Below are positions 1 to 13,800 of a stretch of DNA of 64,000 nucleotides, piece by piece (positions within the stretch are counted from its first letter, which is position 1; each line of letters opens with the position of its first letter). The stretch covers positions 164,399 to 228,398 of the forward strand of contig NMRA01000296.1 in the NCBI GenBank assembly GCA_002633005.1. The letters are read 5' to 3'. The translations under genes were made by a program, and so were the position numbers. The notes below the pieces were generated by a model. The model was not told the DNA's origin, searched no databases, and saw nothing but the letters and a program-made list of their open reading frames with translations. The DNA is from Phoronis australis (Eukaryota; Animalia; Phoronida).

Positions 1-178
1 CTCCTCTTGCCCCCTCCCTCCCTTCATCCCTTTCATCGTCTGTCTTTCTTTGTATTTCTGGTGATTTCCCATCTCTGCTCTAAGTGAATCTAGATTTCAT
101 TGCTGACATTTTTAGATAAAAACAGCTCAGTATGAAAGTTTAATTTAAAAAAGATTTGAACAATTGGTTATTTTTCAG

Positions 179-3014
179 GAGGAACATCTGGAGTTTTTGA
201 TGTTGAAGAGCTTGAAACTCTCCTTCGCTCAGAGAATGGCCAGGACATCTGCATCATTGATGTTCCTAAGGAACATCGATATGTAGATCACATGGTCATT
301 GTCAGTGCCAAATCACCCAGACATTTGAGAGCAATGGCTGAATATGTTAAACTTATGGTAAGCAAGAGAATTGATACATGCAAAAGAGTGTATTTAAACC
401 GGCCAAGTCATTTAGTACACAGTGTGTAAACCAAAAAATCTGTATTTTGCATGTGAAATCTTGATTTCAAATATTTTTAAGAAATTTTAAATTTCGATCA
501 AAAGATGATGATGTGCTCATGACTGTTTTCGTCTTTACCAGATTTTTCTTCCCAAAACTTTGATGACTGCTTGAATCTGGCATTTATAATTTTCAGCTGA
601 TTCTTTCAAAGAGAAATGAATGCTCTAATTCTGTAACATTTTATAAACCTTGTGTAATATAACATTTTATGCCTTAAAAGATGCAATATGGCTGACAAGT
701 GAAATTTTTATCATTATTTTTTCATACAAAGTTAAGTAGCACCTAATAAATGTCTTTACCATTTTGAAATATCTATACCATTGGTACCATCTGACAAGAT
801 GATGCACAACAACATTACTAGAAGTCTTTGAAAAACGAAAAAAAAACAAATTATTTTTGACCAAAATTGGCGAGGTTTTATCATAAATCTGTAACAGTTG
901 GCAGTCCTGTGAATGTAATACATTTATGAAGCTTTGGGTGTTCATAAAGTTGTGTAGTATTTGCCGTAGACTGCATTTTTGTGCAATTTGACAAGCTAAA
1001 CAAGACACAAATAGAGTTTATAAATGCGTCACCTTGAATGTTTTTAAAACCGTAAAGAAATAAAATTAAAAGTCAGAATTAAAACCACCTTGTTCATTAC
1101 TTGCTCATGTTTATTCATAAAAGCACTTCCAGATTCACCTTATATTTCCAATGTACAAGACTCTACATCTATTTGCACAGACACCAAGAAATTTAAATAG
1201 GGTCCAAAAATTCTAGAGGATTGGTTCACTTGATACCGTTGTTTGAAAATGTAGGGTTAACAGTGCTAGTAACTCTTGAAACCAATGTTAACTTTTGTTG
1301 TCTTAATATGCAGTGCAACCTCAGATTGTGTTTCATGAACTGGAAAAAATCTCAAGTCACCGCAAAGTCGCCAATGCAAGTATCAAAGTCGGACAATAAT
1401 TCTCTCTATAATTCGTTTCAAATTTCGTGTTGACTTCCAAATTTTAAATTACTAACAATTTTCCTAGATTCATTACCTTTCCTTCACAATTCTTCTGTTT
1501 ATTTCGTGAAATCAGCGTTTTTAAGTTACAACAGGGAGTAAACAGACGGAAGTCGGAATTGTTCAGCAAAAATCGGGCACGTTTCGACTGTACGCACTTT
1601 TTTTACTCAACGATATTGATGCCAGACCAGCAACCTCAGATTTCATTTGGCGACATTGGATTTCATGTGGTGACCTGGGATTTTTGCCAAGTCGCAAAAT
1701 GTGACTTGGCGTTAAGCTAAGCATAGAGCGCTGATATGAAACATGACATGATACACTGAATATTAGATAACTACTGAAGACTTGTATATCGTGTGTATTA
1801 TCATAGACTTCATGTTAGGTTTTACTCTACTAGAGTAAAAAATGAAGCAGCTTTGTTACTGACCCAAATTCTCTGTAATTATTGACTAACTTATTTCTGT
1901 AGTACAAGAAAAAGAAACACCAAAGGGACAGGTTTGTTAACATTGAAGGAATCGATAGTAAGACTTGGATGGCCATGGACTTGGGTAAGAAACTTTTGTG
2001 CAAACTATTACAATACATCAAAATAACATGATACTGCTACTGAAATTGACAGGTTGTATTTTACTGATAACTTCTTGCCAAATGATTGGTCATAACTGCC
2101 TTCAAAGTCCGGTATAATCTGTTCAATGATATGCCAACAATAGTTACACGGTCCTTCTAAAAGGAGATGTGTTGCTTGGCACGTGTTAATCAGTCTGTCA
2201 GTCTGTAGAAATTGTCGTAACCTTCACAAAATCTTGGATCAATAATCAGAGAATGCCTGGACCTGTTTTTCTGAAACTTTTAAAGAAGTTTGATCCTGAC
2301 CTTTGACTGACACTGACCTCAATGATTTTGAGTTTATCTAGTCACACTGTCCCTCACCATGATACGTGTCTGATTCAGTAGTTTGTCTAGGCCAGCAGCT
2401 ACTCTCGCAGACCTGACTTCTAGATGACCCCTTTTGATTTTGAGTTCGACAGGTCAAAGGACAAAGTGTGCATTTCCCCACTTTTCCATTTCAAGATTTT
2501 TGTCAATAGGGCTTAAGTGTGTGGCAGTGATCACTTGTGTGTTATAATGTATTGTTATTCACACAAACTTGTAATTAGCAACACGGTATGAAAGTGACTG
2601 AATATTATTTGTGAAATAATGAAGTATGTTGAATGATCGTAGATCAGTATCCACACTGTTGTGACTCTGACTACTGGTGCCCTCTGTCCAAGTGTTTATT
2701 TTCAAATTCTTCTCATTTCAGGCAACATCGCTCTTCACATTTTTATGCCAGAGACTCGAGAATTCTATGACTTGGAAACGTTGTGGATATACGGACCCGA
2801 GTTTGATGAAAAGTCTCGTGAGGTAGCCGATCCGTATTTGCCGTATCCTGAAGCAGACTTTACAATTCTCAGTCATCAACCCGAATACTATGTACCTGAG
2901 CAGGTGGATTGTGTAGATGAGCATCAGACGTCATTTGAAAGCCAAGTGTATCATGCTCCATCACAAGAAGAAAGTCTCAGACCACCAACCCCTCTCCCGG
3001 ACCCACTCGAGTGA
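179..3014 (+). CDS. MALSU1: Mitochondrial assembly of ribosomal large subunit protein 1 (RsfS/Iojap family), 5'-partial; exons 179-357, 1903-1984, 2722-3014
   Basis: Three GT-AG exons join in frame: GTSGVFDVEELETLLRSENGQDICIIDVPKEHRYVDHMVIVSAKSPRHLRAMAEYV / YKKKK...IEGIDSKTWMAMDLG / NIALHIFMPETREFYDLETLW. These carry the RsfS/Iojap motifs (W...D.G...H.F....R..YDLE.LW). Upstream exon(s) lie outside the window. Confidence 0.93.
2150..2520. mobile_element. Degenerate non-autonomous Helitron/Helentron-like repeat in MALSU1 intron
   Basis: GTCTGTCAGTCTGT microsatellite-like block plus repeated TGACCTTTGAC/GGTCAAAGG motifs, typical of such invertebrate elements. Boundaries approximate. Confidence 0.35.
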
Positions 3015-3120
3015 AATCAACAACCTTTTTCACTGTATTACAAAAAAATTAAGATTGTTTCCTTTGAATTCTCAGGGGAATAAATATAACACTATACAAC
3101 TTATCAGTATTTTCTACAAT

Positions 3121-3126
3121 AATAAA
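3121..3126 (+). other. Candidate polyadenylation signal of MALSU1
   Basis: AATAAA about 107 nt after the TGA stop at 3014. Confidence 0.55.
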
Positions 3127-5088
3127 TAGTTTAAAAAGGCTCCCAGTTAAGTCCTCTTCATATTTACATGGCATTGCATCACATTCAACTTGACATTACC
3201 TGTGCTGAGTTACATAACTAAGACAAAATTCAAGCACTTTGAAATCTTCTGCAATGTGCATTTTGTTTCGAGTTTACTTGCCAGTGAAAGGGAGCTTTTT
3301 AGAAGGTTTTGTAAGTTTCAATGATCACTTTGAGAGACTTGCTTAACCTTATCTTAGCAGCCTCCCACTGAATCAACATTGTTCATTAGTGTGATAAAAA
3401 TGCATTCCATCAAAAAATAACTCAAGACAAGACCAGTCAGCCATTAATCTCTCTATAGAAGGAGCTACACAATGCTGAGAGAAATATTACAGTGTGATTT
3501 TTCAGAAGTTTTCGATTTATAATTTGTTCATCATCTATTTTCCTATTAACTTAGGACCTTTTGCACGTGTACAACCCAGGTATACGATGATTATGAAAAC
3601 ATCGTCTTTGGTAATCTGTTTAAGAATTGTACTGCTCGGGCGGTAGCAAGTATCATTAAAGGCAGCTGTACAGTACTGAGAAACAAATTATTAATTAAGA
3701 GGAAAGGTTATTTTTGCTAAGAAATTAGGCAACACGAAATTCCACTTTTCTCTCACATTGTATCAAACTGAAGAATTTTTTCTGTTTAGTATATAAGAAA
3801 GTGTACGTGCTGTTGTGGTGATCATTGTTTTATTCTCCAATTTTGTATTTGTTGGAACAAATAATTGAAAATCTGTGGATAACACTTCCAACTTTTCACT
3901 ATTGCACAAGGAGAGCTTGAAGGAAGTATTTCCGGAGTGTTAAACTGATTCAAACAAAATGTTAATTTGAATTAAATTTTGTAGAATGACTTTTTGGGTT
4001 ACTAAATTACCCTCTTTGACACTGCTAACAACTACTTCACAGTTCACAATTCAATAAATCATCACTAATAACCATCTTTTAGAGAGGAAATGTCAAGATA
4101 TTAAACGAAACGACTCATAATTTAAGAAGAACCATATTGGTATACTAAAACGCTTTATTTAAAATATATTGTGTATAATATACAATAGTAACGTGGCACT
4201 ATAAAACCTTGGTAAATTAAGAACATGACATATGATATTTTGTGTAATAAACATGCTATTAAAATAACTTGAATCGTCTTTTCGAACAAGATATGTTGTT
4301 TTGCAGGCAAGCCTGTATTAAGCCATAAATGCATATATGAACTAGATATTAAAAGTTTTTAACTGATTAAAAGTTCAAAAATAAACATTCACTCATTAAC
4401 CCGAGAATATCTTCATTCACTAGCTGCAGGGGAACCTGGTCCAAATGACCAACTGGAACTAATCTAGGGTTGTTTTTTCAAAGAACACCAAGAGAATCAA
4501 AATTGCCAGAAACACACCATACAGACCTGGCCATGGTCAGTCCTACGACATTCATTTTGACTACTCAGCAGCACACCATTGTCAAAACGGGGTTTTGAGT
4601 ATTCACGCGTACATGTACCGCACGTCATCTTTAATTAAACATTACCCATTTCTTTAAAATACAATAACACCAGTTTAAACACAACATTTAAGACCACAGT
4701 ACAGTTTCTGTGTTAACAATTGAGGCACATTCTAATGACTAGAAAATCTTGAAATGGAAGCTCACTAAATCTAAACTTCACACGAAATAGGCCCCTGGGT
4801 CTGTTTCATGAAAAATGATGACAGAAATTTGGTCTTACAATTCCACTTCACAATTGCTGAATGAAGTTTTGGCAGAGTAATTATAAGCGCATCAGTGTAA
4901 ACACAATTAATAGAAATTATCTCAATGACTTACAGGTATGTGTATATTCTCACAGACTGCACTTTCCCCGGATGAGATTTTACTATTTTAGATAATAAGC
5001 TGTGTGGAGCAGAAGACCATATTCCTGACTTAAGAATTGAGTCACTTGAAACAGATCCCTTACTGCAAGTTTATGGTGGGAGAATTTA

Positions 5089-5533
5089 CATATTTCATTG
5101 AAGGCACGACTTTGATCTGTTTTTACGAGTTTAATTTCAGTTCTTTCAAACTCTCCAAATAGAGATCTTGTCTTAACATCACAACAGTGCAATAAAAATC
5201 CAATTGACATTATATGCACAGCAACGCGTGTATATTTATAATATGTGTGTGTTTTTATTGTCATAGTTGCGCATGCCAACTTCACGACTTTTTATATTGC
5301 ATTTTTCATTTCTGATGTGCGTTTCACTGTGAACTAGTTCTAAATAGAAGCTTGAAGACGAGATATGTGTCTCGAAATATCGCTTTGTAAATTATGTTAC
5401 CTACTGATGTCGATTGGATTTTTATTGCACTGTTGTGATGTAAAGACAAGTTCTCTATTTAGAGGGTTTGAAAGAACTGAAATTAAACTCAGAAAAAAAA
5501 AACAGATCAAAGTCGTGTCTTCAATGAAATATG
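5089..5533 (+). mobile_element. Fold-back element with ~125-bp inverted arms, probably a Penelope-like (PLE) pseudo-LTR remnant; alternatively a TA-flanked MITE
   Basis: 5089-~5212 is the reverse complement of ~5406-5533 (CATATTTCATTGAAGGCACGACTTTGATCTG.../...CAGATCAAAGTCGTGTCTTCAATGAAATATG). Flanked by TA on both sides. The spacer contains a hammerhead-like motif. Confidence 0.75.
5347..5386 (+). ncRNA. Minimal type I hammerhead ribozyme-like motif
   Basis: GAAGC-TTGAAGA-C-GAGAT(ATGT)GTCTC-GAAA-TA-TC|GCTTT: stem I GAAGC/GCTTT, core UUGAAGA (C3U variant), stem II GAGAU/GUCUC, GAAA, AUC cleavage triplet. Confidence 0.55.
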
Positions 5534-7055
5534 TATACGAGAAAGATTACTGCCTAATTATAGTGGTTGGAGAATATATCACATGTTGCATAGCATAACT
5601 TGGCCTGAAACATTTTGCTTCAATTTCAAGAACTCATAACATAACATGGAGTGTATCACTGCACTTCAGCTTGCCACATCATCACCTACGGTGCTGCTGC
5701 TGCTTTTCAAATAATTTATTGTTAGTAGTTGGCTTGTTAACATCCTGTGACGTCTCAGATAACTTGTGGGCGTATAAGCTGATTAACTGCATCATATGCG
5801 AGATTAAACTTTGGCGTGATCGGATGGTGTGTGCCACGAGATTATTTTGCACCAACAATCTGCTCATCTATGAATAAATTCAATGCAATTAGAGGCTATC
5901 CCATACTGGGATGTGTAGGCCATTGGTTTCTAGTTTGACAAATCCGAAGAAAGACCAAAGACAAATTTCGAGTTTTAACTAATGGCTATAAAACATCCTT
6001 CAATGGTTGGAGAAGCAAGATCTTACTTGGAGGCGGACGCCACACAGTTAAGTGTACGCATGATTTACTTTCTCCTCACAAAAGTGAAATCTTAAAACCT
6101 TAAGTGCACTAAATTAAGATTTGAAAAAATCCCCACAAGTGTCTCTTTCAGGAAAATTCTGCATGTCTGACACACGTGCACGAGCTAAATGTGGACAAGA
6201 TATCAAATGAATATAGTTTTCATATTTCATTGTAAAAATAATCATAAAAATATTCTAAATTGGTTACGTGTCAAGAAAACCGTCATCAGATTTTCCTTAA
6301 AACCGCCAAAATGTTGACAACACACCTTTAAAGTCTATTGCTGAATAAGAACAGCACGTTTCCCAAACATCCCAACCACCTTTTTTCTGAAAGGCCCTTT
6401 CGGGGTCTTTTTAGATGCAGTCACTTCGATAAAATCAACATTTTCAAAAAAGACTCCTGGTGGGTGATTGAAAAGAGGTTACGAGTTTCGTGAAATTTCG
6501 CACTGGTGCCTGACAACTGATGAAAAACCTGTCCTGCTTCGCAAAAAATACTAACCAAACATCTGATACGTAGTTTTCCAGAAACGCTATTAGTAACCAG
6601 CAGACGCATCATGACCACATCTCATAAACTCATCCATACACAAGCTCCCCCCCCCCCATCAATATAAATTTTCAATGACATACGTTGTTCTACAGGTTTA
6701 GATAACTATTCATATTTTAACAGCCCTAGTGTCAAAAGACACCTTCATCTGTCTGTTGCACATTATCACAACAGCCACTTTTACTGTCTCATACATCCTG
6801 TACAGAACATGGAGGTCCTGTTCACATGATAGACCACTACTAGTAAAAAAGTTGACCATAATTCTTCTCATTGAAAAACAGAAATTTTGAAAAGAAATTT
6901 TTCTGCTAGTTTTTGAACAACTTGATCTTATTTTTCATCTAATTTTCTTCTGAGTTCTCATCATAACTTTTGCAAAGGCAAACAAATTTTGATGAAAATC
7001 GTCAACTTTTTTGAAAACTAACTGCACAGTAGAAAAATGCATTCAATGCTGACCT

Positions 7056-7304
7056 GGGTCCTGTTCCAAGAAACTGACTTAAGTTCATTTTTTACTTAAG
7101 TCTGAGATTTGTCTTAACTTCCAAACTTTGAAACTTACACATTTGAAAAGCAAGTTAAAATTAAGACAAACTGTAGGTCATACACTTAAGTTAAACTTAG
7201 GATCTCTTTCTTGAATTGGTTTTGAGATAAATCTAACTTTTATTTTAAAATTTACTAAAATTCAAGATTTGTCTTAACTAAGTCAGTTTTGTTGGAACGG
7301 GCCC
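7056..7304. mobile_element. MITE with terminal inverted repeats
   Basis: GGGTCCTGTTCCAAGAAACTGACTTA ... TAAGTCAGTTTTGTTGGAACGGGCCC; AT-rich non-coding interior. Confidence 0.7.
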
Positions 7305-7825
7305 TTGGTTTTTGAAATTTTGGGCACTGTCAACAAGTAACAAACAATACAACCGCACACATATACTGACATTTGTTCAGCGTGTTAAATTTTGTGGTGT
7401 CAGAAATACAATTTGATGAAGAACAGTCTATTTCTCTGATGCAGCATTTGGAGGTCAATACCAAAAAACATCAATAGACGGTATTGCAGTATTTTGGGAA
7501 GATGCTGTTAATCACCATAACTGTATCTGTTCACTTTGTAAGTTTTGACGGGTCAACCGGCTAAGGCATCTGATTGGTTCTTCATAACGACTAGCGGCTT
7601 ACAGACCAATCAAATACTTTAGGCGCTTGACCTGGCAGAACAGGCGAAGTCAATCCAGTGTAGCAATTCCCTCATACAAAGTAAGGGCAGCATGATGTTC
7701 AGTGCAGAGTCTGAAAGAGCCCGTAAATTCCTTATCTGCTTGCAAAGCTATCACAAACACACAACACTCCTCCCCACATGAGATAAATCATGTCCACTAC
7801 GTCTGCTGCTGAAGTGAGTAACATG

Positions 7826-10800
7826 TCACACAAAATTCGACTGTCTTGACACAGACTGTTGAGTTTCCCTATAGTCCAGCTCTCGTTTCAGTTGACATAG
7901 TACACACGGGCAGCACCAGAGGGAAGCACAAAAGTCGCCGACGATTGAACCCTGTAGATGAGGGAATAATACATTAAACGCTGACGTAATAAAGAAAAAT
8001 TACAATATAATACTCAAAAACAATGTCTGAATGATAACTATATTGGAATGTGTTTATATCCAGTAGTTACATAATATTCTATCCTGTTGTTGTTTATGGT
8101 TTACTGGTTCCTGTTTTGTAGTAGTCAGTACTGTATTAGTCATATATTCCTAGAACCTATTGACTTCCTGTACATTTCTGTATATATTCTATTATTTGTT
8201 GATATCAATACACTTTTAGTTCGACAGCCAACTGGGCACAATCTTTGTTTTACTCATGACTTTTCATGAATTCCGATAACATGTTGTTATTTCGATATCT
8301 TAGCCTCACTTTCACAGCTACTACAGCTTGTGAAGTAGAGAGTAATCAGTGATACTGCCAGCAACTGAACATTATATTCTGATATTGATACTACATCACT
8401 GTTATTCAGACATTGATATTACCTTGATGTTTTTCTAATATCAAAAACGTGCTTCCTCACAGCTACTACAGTATGTGAAGCACAGAGTAATCAGTGACAC
8501 TGGTATTGCAATGTTATTCTGACAGTGATATTACCTTAATGTTATTCTGATATCTAGCTTTCATCCTCAGCGCCATAACGGACAGTGGGACACAGAGAGG
8601 CATGCAACAGCCCTCTTCCATTCTATTGGACAACCAGCAGACAAAGCATGGAAGACAGCAGCAGATGCCAAAACCTAGAAAATGACACAGTGGGTGACTC
8701 GATATTCATTAAGTCACGCTAAAAAACAAAGGGCCCCTTTTTAATATAATTGAGACCAGTAAAGCATTCACCAGGACTGGGGTGTTTGTGAGATAAAGGT
8801 ATAAAATGCATGGCTGTATGTCTAAAAGATGGATTATTGTTTATTGTTGTTGGCAATAGTGACTTAGAGTGAGCTGGTGAAAGCAAGTGAAAGTAAATGT
8901 CCTGTGCCAGTTGGTGAATGACAAACTATTGTGTTAATGTTGGACTTACGTGAAGCAATTTTGTGACTAGTGTAATGTAGTCTAAAAGTGAACATCCTAC
9001 ATACAATTCTTTGGCGTTGTTTTCATAGCTCAAAGACTACTTTCAATTTATCTATTAGTAACTTCAAGATGGGCTCAAATGACAAACGAAGCACATGTAT
9101 TTCTATCACATACAAACACTTTGAAACATTAGATTTCTGTGAATCTTATAAATATCTGCCTATACAAGAGTGATTATTTGACACGATGACAGCAAAGCAT
9201 TCATAAAAACACAGTGTAATACTCTTGACTTAGGTCTCCATCTAAGTCACTGGCAAACTGCAGGTGGCGCAAGTCATTGTCCAACAAATGCACTATCACC
9301 AGCTAGTAGAAAGCTTTTCTCATCTATGAAAAAATCTCACCCATTTTGCACAAAAATTATAGCGAAAATTGACATTTTCGTTTATTTGCAACTTCTCACT
9401 GTGTTGTGAGTGTCCACAATATTTAAAAATATCGTCAAGTGGTAGCTATGGAACAGAATCTTAATATGTTGAAATATTTTTGGTGCTACTTACCTTGTAC
9501 TAAAAACTGGGAGGAAAAAATTTCACTTGTTCGCCATATTGTGTCCTAAATTGATGAGAGTTTACTGCATTTTACAGTGTTCTCCATGACTTGTTTTGAC
9601 TCGTCACTGCTTCCAGTTTGAATTTTACCGTGTTGAGTTTGGCTTTCTTGCATCGAGTTTTGCATTATATTGGATGATTTGTGATTTCGTAAACAAATTA
9701 AGACATTTTGGCACTTAGGGTGCAAATTCAATCCATTGATTCCAATACTGTACATATCAACTTCCCACAGTGTGCACATGGACTCTCAGAAACGTACATG
9801 AACTTCGTAATTCCTGTGAAGTTTGAATTTTCTGTTGTGGAGAACACTGTTATTTTATGCTGGCGTACGAGCGCCATGCTAATGATCACGTACTTGGAAA
9901 AGGTGTAAAATGTTACGACCTGTTATTGACTAAACATAAGATTGAAATGAACAAAAAGACAAACATAGACAAAGCAAAAATGATAAAAAACATAACATTC
10001 CAAGAATTGCTCTCTTAGTCAGCAGGGAACGGCAAAATACTGGGGGAGGAAAAACAGCATTTCACCTAACACTGCTGACATCTATAGTCATCTTTGTTAT
10101 CCACTTCAATGTTATCAATTTGGAAGCATCAACCCGCTAACACCATTTCACTGGGATATGTTGTTTGTAAGTCATTTGACAACACCTACTCATGTGGCAA
10201 ACATATGATTGAGGACATGTAAGACCTTACTGACAAGTCAGTAGAGTTAGGCAAATATCTGCAAAACTACAGAATTTTTACTCAGTAAAAGTATACATTT
10301 TCTGACAGTAGAAATTATGTAAAATTTAACTGTTGACTTCACACCAATCTGCCATTAATAACCTCATGTCACCATACTTTTTAGTAAAATTTAGCAAAAA
10401 AGAAAGATACTGTCATAGCAAAACAATAGGATCAACTACACTGACCAAATTTCATATGATATAAATGTTCAAAATAAAACTATAGTTTTCTAAATTACAA
10501 CAGAGCATTTTAAAAGCAATTCCTCACAACACGTTGGATACCGGTGCATAAAGCATAACTGAAAGATTCATGTGAATCCATTAAGGCATGTCTGAGATAT
10601 GACGAATTTACGAAATTAGTCAAAATTGAACATTTTTCTATGGTCCTACATATCCTTAAATGCACAAAATAACTTTACATTAATAATTCTTCGACTCACA
10701 TGTGTTGGTACCATCGCAACACTGACAGAGTGCCGAGTTCCAGTCTTGCTGCGGCTCACTGGTCGTCGTGGTAATGCTCTGAGGTTTTGGTTGCTGGATG

Positions 10801-13800
10801 ACTACTTGAGCTCCTTGAGTGGGAAACTGGTTATTCTGGAAAAGTAAGAGAGTTCAGGCCATTATTAGGTGGAATCGACTATGGATTTGCACCAGAGGAA
10901 AAACTGTTCTTCAATTGTAAGAGTAGAAAAGTAAAGACAAGACAAATCGCATGTCAAAATGCCCAAAAAAGAACAAGACAGAAACTGTCTTACCATGGAG
11001 ATTGTGGGCTCAAACCTAGCTGGCAAACTGATTACTATCATTTATCTAGATGATACAAATGTCTTCTTATTACACTGCAGCAGGTGGTGACCCAGAAGAA
11101 AAAATAACTCCAAACCGGTTGATAAGACTGAAACCGGATGTCATAATAAGACTTTTATTAAAACCCTTGAAGTTGTATCTAGATACCAGGAATGTAAAAG
11201 TACTTTTTCTCAACATCATAATATGTTATTTTTTATTTGGACTTTCAAAAATTAAAACCATGAAGGGACGAAAGCCTTCCACAGCGCAAGTTCCTTCTGA
11301 ATGTGGCGAGATCAGCCAAGAGCACGCAAAATCACAAGAGTGAAAGGATAGTGTTTCAGATGCAACGAACTACAAACGTTGTTATAAACTATATTTCTTC
11401 ACGAGGAGCCATAATTGGGCTCTCGTGCTTTTGCTCAGGTGTTTAGTGCAATGGGCCCAACCATGAGGCCTGCGCACATCTGATGCATCGCTAATGACAT
11501 CAGACCACCTGCACCGTTTTTTTTTTTCTTTATAAAGTGTATCCTATTAGCTTGCATGCCGGGTTTCATTTTAAGCCATCAGTACGGAATACAGATCCAT
11601 TTCAGGTAAAGACAAACTTCAGTCATAACAAAAAACCAACGTCCAGGAGGTTCTTTGCAAATCTATTCGATTCTTCTCACGTAAAAAAATTCTTCACTTG
11701 TTTAGCATACAATATGGCCGAAAGTGAAATTTCCTTTTGTCAAATTCCTCAACAAAATAAAAGAAAATTCAACCAGTTGTTAGCTTGTTTGCACTGAGTA
11801 GATGTCATAAAACAACATTTGGTTAAACCGCAAACATTTTAAGTCTGTTCTGCACGCCATCTATTGGCCACATCAGATTTGACAAAGTTTCCATTACTTC
11901 CAGCAAGGTTATCAGCTTTTAAAAATTGAAAAATGATAACTATTTTAAATTTGTGCAAAATAACTGAAGAATTACCGTACCCAGTCACTTGCAAAATGTT
12001 TGTGTAAAAATAAACTCTGATAAGAAACTTTTAAATATTAACTAATCTTGTATAGTTGTGTTCAATAAGCACAGACTTCCTCTCAAAAGTGAGTCGCGAG
12101 TATCCCCTGTCTTACAGAACGCATCTCTGGACTAAGGCATCTATCTGATTTAAATACATGTAGGTCACACTTTATGTAAATTGTTTGAAGTATTGAGTCG
12201 TCAGCATTCAGACATGCAAACTGAATTCGGCACTTAAATAAAACATGAATTATAACAACGGCACTATCAATGGATAACAGTTTCTGATATAGTGTACTAG
12301 GTCTTGAAATCTTGTTTAAGTTCTGCTTCAGAAGACCTGCCTAATTAAAATATTTAACACATAGGTACAAAGAACAGACCAATCAACTATACACCATTCA
12401 GTAACAGCCAGAATTATAACTGCCCACATTTCAGTTTGATGCCTGTTATTTAGTGGTGAAAATTGGTTCTCAAAATGCGGGCAGATGATATCGGACTATT
12501 ACTCACCATCCACCAACTAAGACAATGCACGAAATGAAAAAACAGACATTTTATGAGGGCGGGCACATGAAAAATGAATTCAGCACAGCAACAATACAGC
12601 ATTTCACATTTATAAAACAATATTATCTTTAAATTTTCCCAACTTCTCTCAGTAAAATAACTAGTGCAAAGACCTTGAAGTTTCAAATATTAAATTAAAC
12701 TGAATGCCCAGCCGGTGTAACCTTAGGCTAAGAATCAAGAATAAAATTACAGCTATTCAGTTTGCACAGTATCTTTTTAAAAGAAAAATGTTTAAATTTA
12801 TTTTTGCTCTTAACCTCCAATTTCACCCACCACAAGATTAAGTTCTATTAAGTTCAGTTTGGGGCTACAAAACTTGATTAAGTCTACGACACCTGAGTAA
12901 AGGTGAAATTTAAGTGTGTTTTAACAGCCAAGCAGAGAAATAAACTAAACCAAACACCAACCCTATCCCATGTCCTATAGTGTTTACCTTAGTTATCTAA
13001 AAATACAACTTTAATCACAAGCTGATTAGGTGACAAACCTCAGACACCATTTCAAAGTTACTGAAAAATTCAGGATACAAACATGACACCTTTCACTTAG
13101 TTGAAACATTTGAGTCGTTCAAAAACAGTACGACTGGAAGAAACAATCGATACAGCGCTGATTTCTAGACAGAAATGAATGAAGTCGTGTTACTTTGCCA
13201 GGTATGACCAGTGATATGCCATTTATTGACCATTCATAGAATTTTGACGTCATTGTTTGCAGATGGCTGTAAATATTATGTTTTACTCACTTACCACATG
13301 AGTTAACCAAATAACAATAAAGTTAAAAATCAATGAAAGTCCTTTGTAAAGTGACACTTGGCGAAATCAAATTAGAATTTACAGGTGAGGTAGACCACGA
13401 AACCAAAAACATCAGCAACCAGGACCCCAGTGTCTATTTCACCAACGTACGACTTATGTGACTTAACCCTTAAAAGTGCATTGAGGAATCAGTCAATAAA
13501 TGACAGTCATTGAGTAAGGAAACCTCGAATTACTCAAGAATGGTTAAGTCATAGCGACAGACTAATCACGCATTGCAAATAGCTCATGAATTTCTATACA
13601 AATTTGAAAAGGTTTGGTCAAAGGATCGCAGACCTATATCTCAGCAAACATAATTTGAAACTTGACCGTCACAGACCCACCAGTTGCATCCAATTTCACC
13701 CCAAATAAAGATCCTCGAACTATTGACTAGAGAAATACTGTATGTAAATTTGATGTCAAACAACAAATGCAATCATCTAAGTAGTAAATATTGAATATCT

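Noticed and set aside
4983-5598. Two ORFs on opposite strands sharing MSIGFLLHCCDVKT
   Set aside because: They are a by-product of the inverted repeat arms; no coding signature.
6390-6412. Hairpin AAAGGCCCTTTCGGGGTCTTTTT as a histone stem-loop or bacterial terminator
   Set aside because: It deviates from the histone stem-loop consensus, there is no histone gene, and intrinsic terminators are irrelevant in this eukaryotic context; probably part of a repeat.
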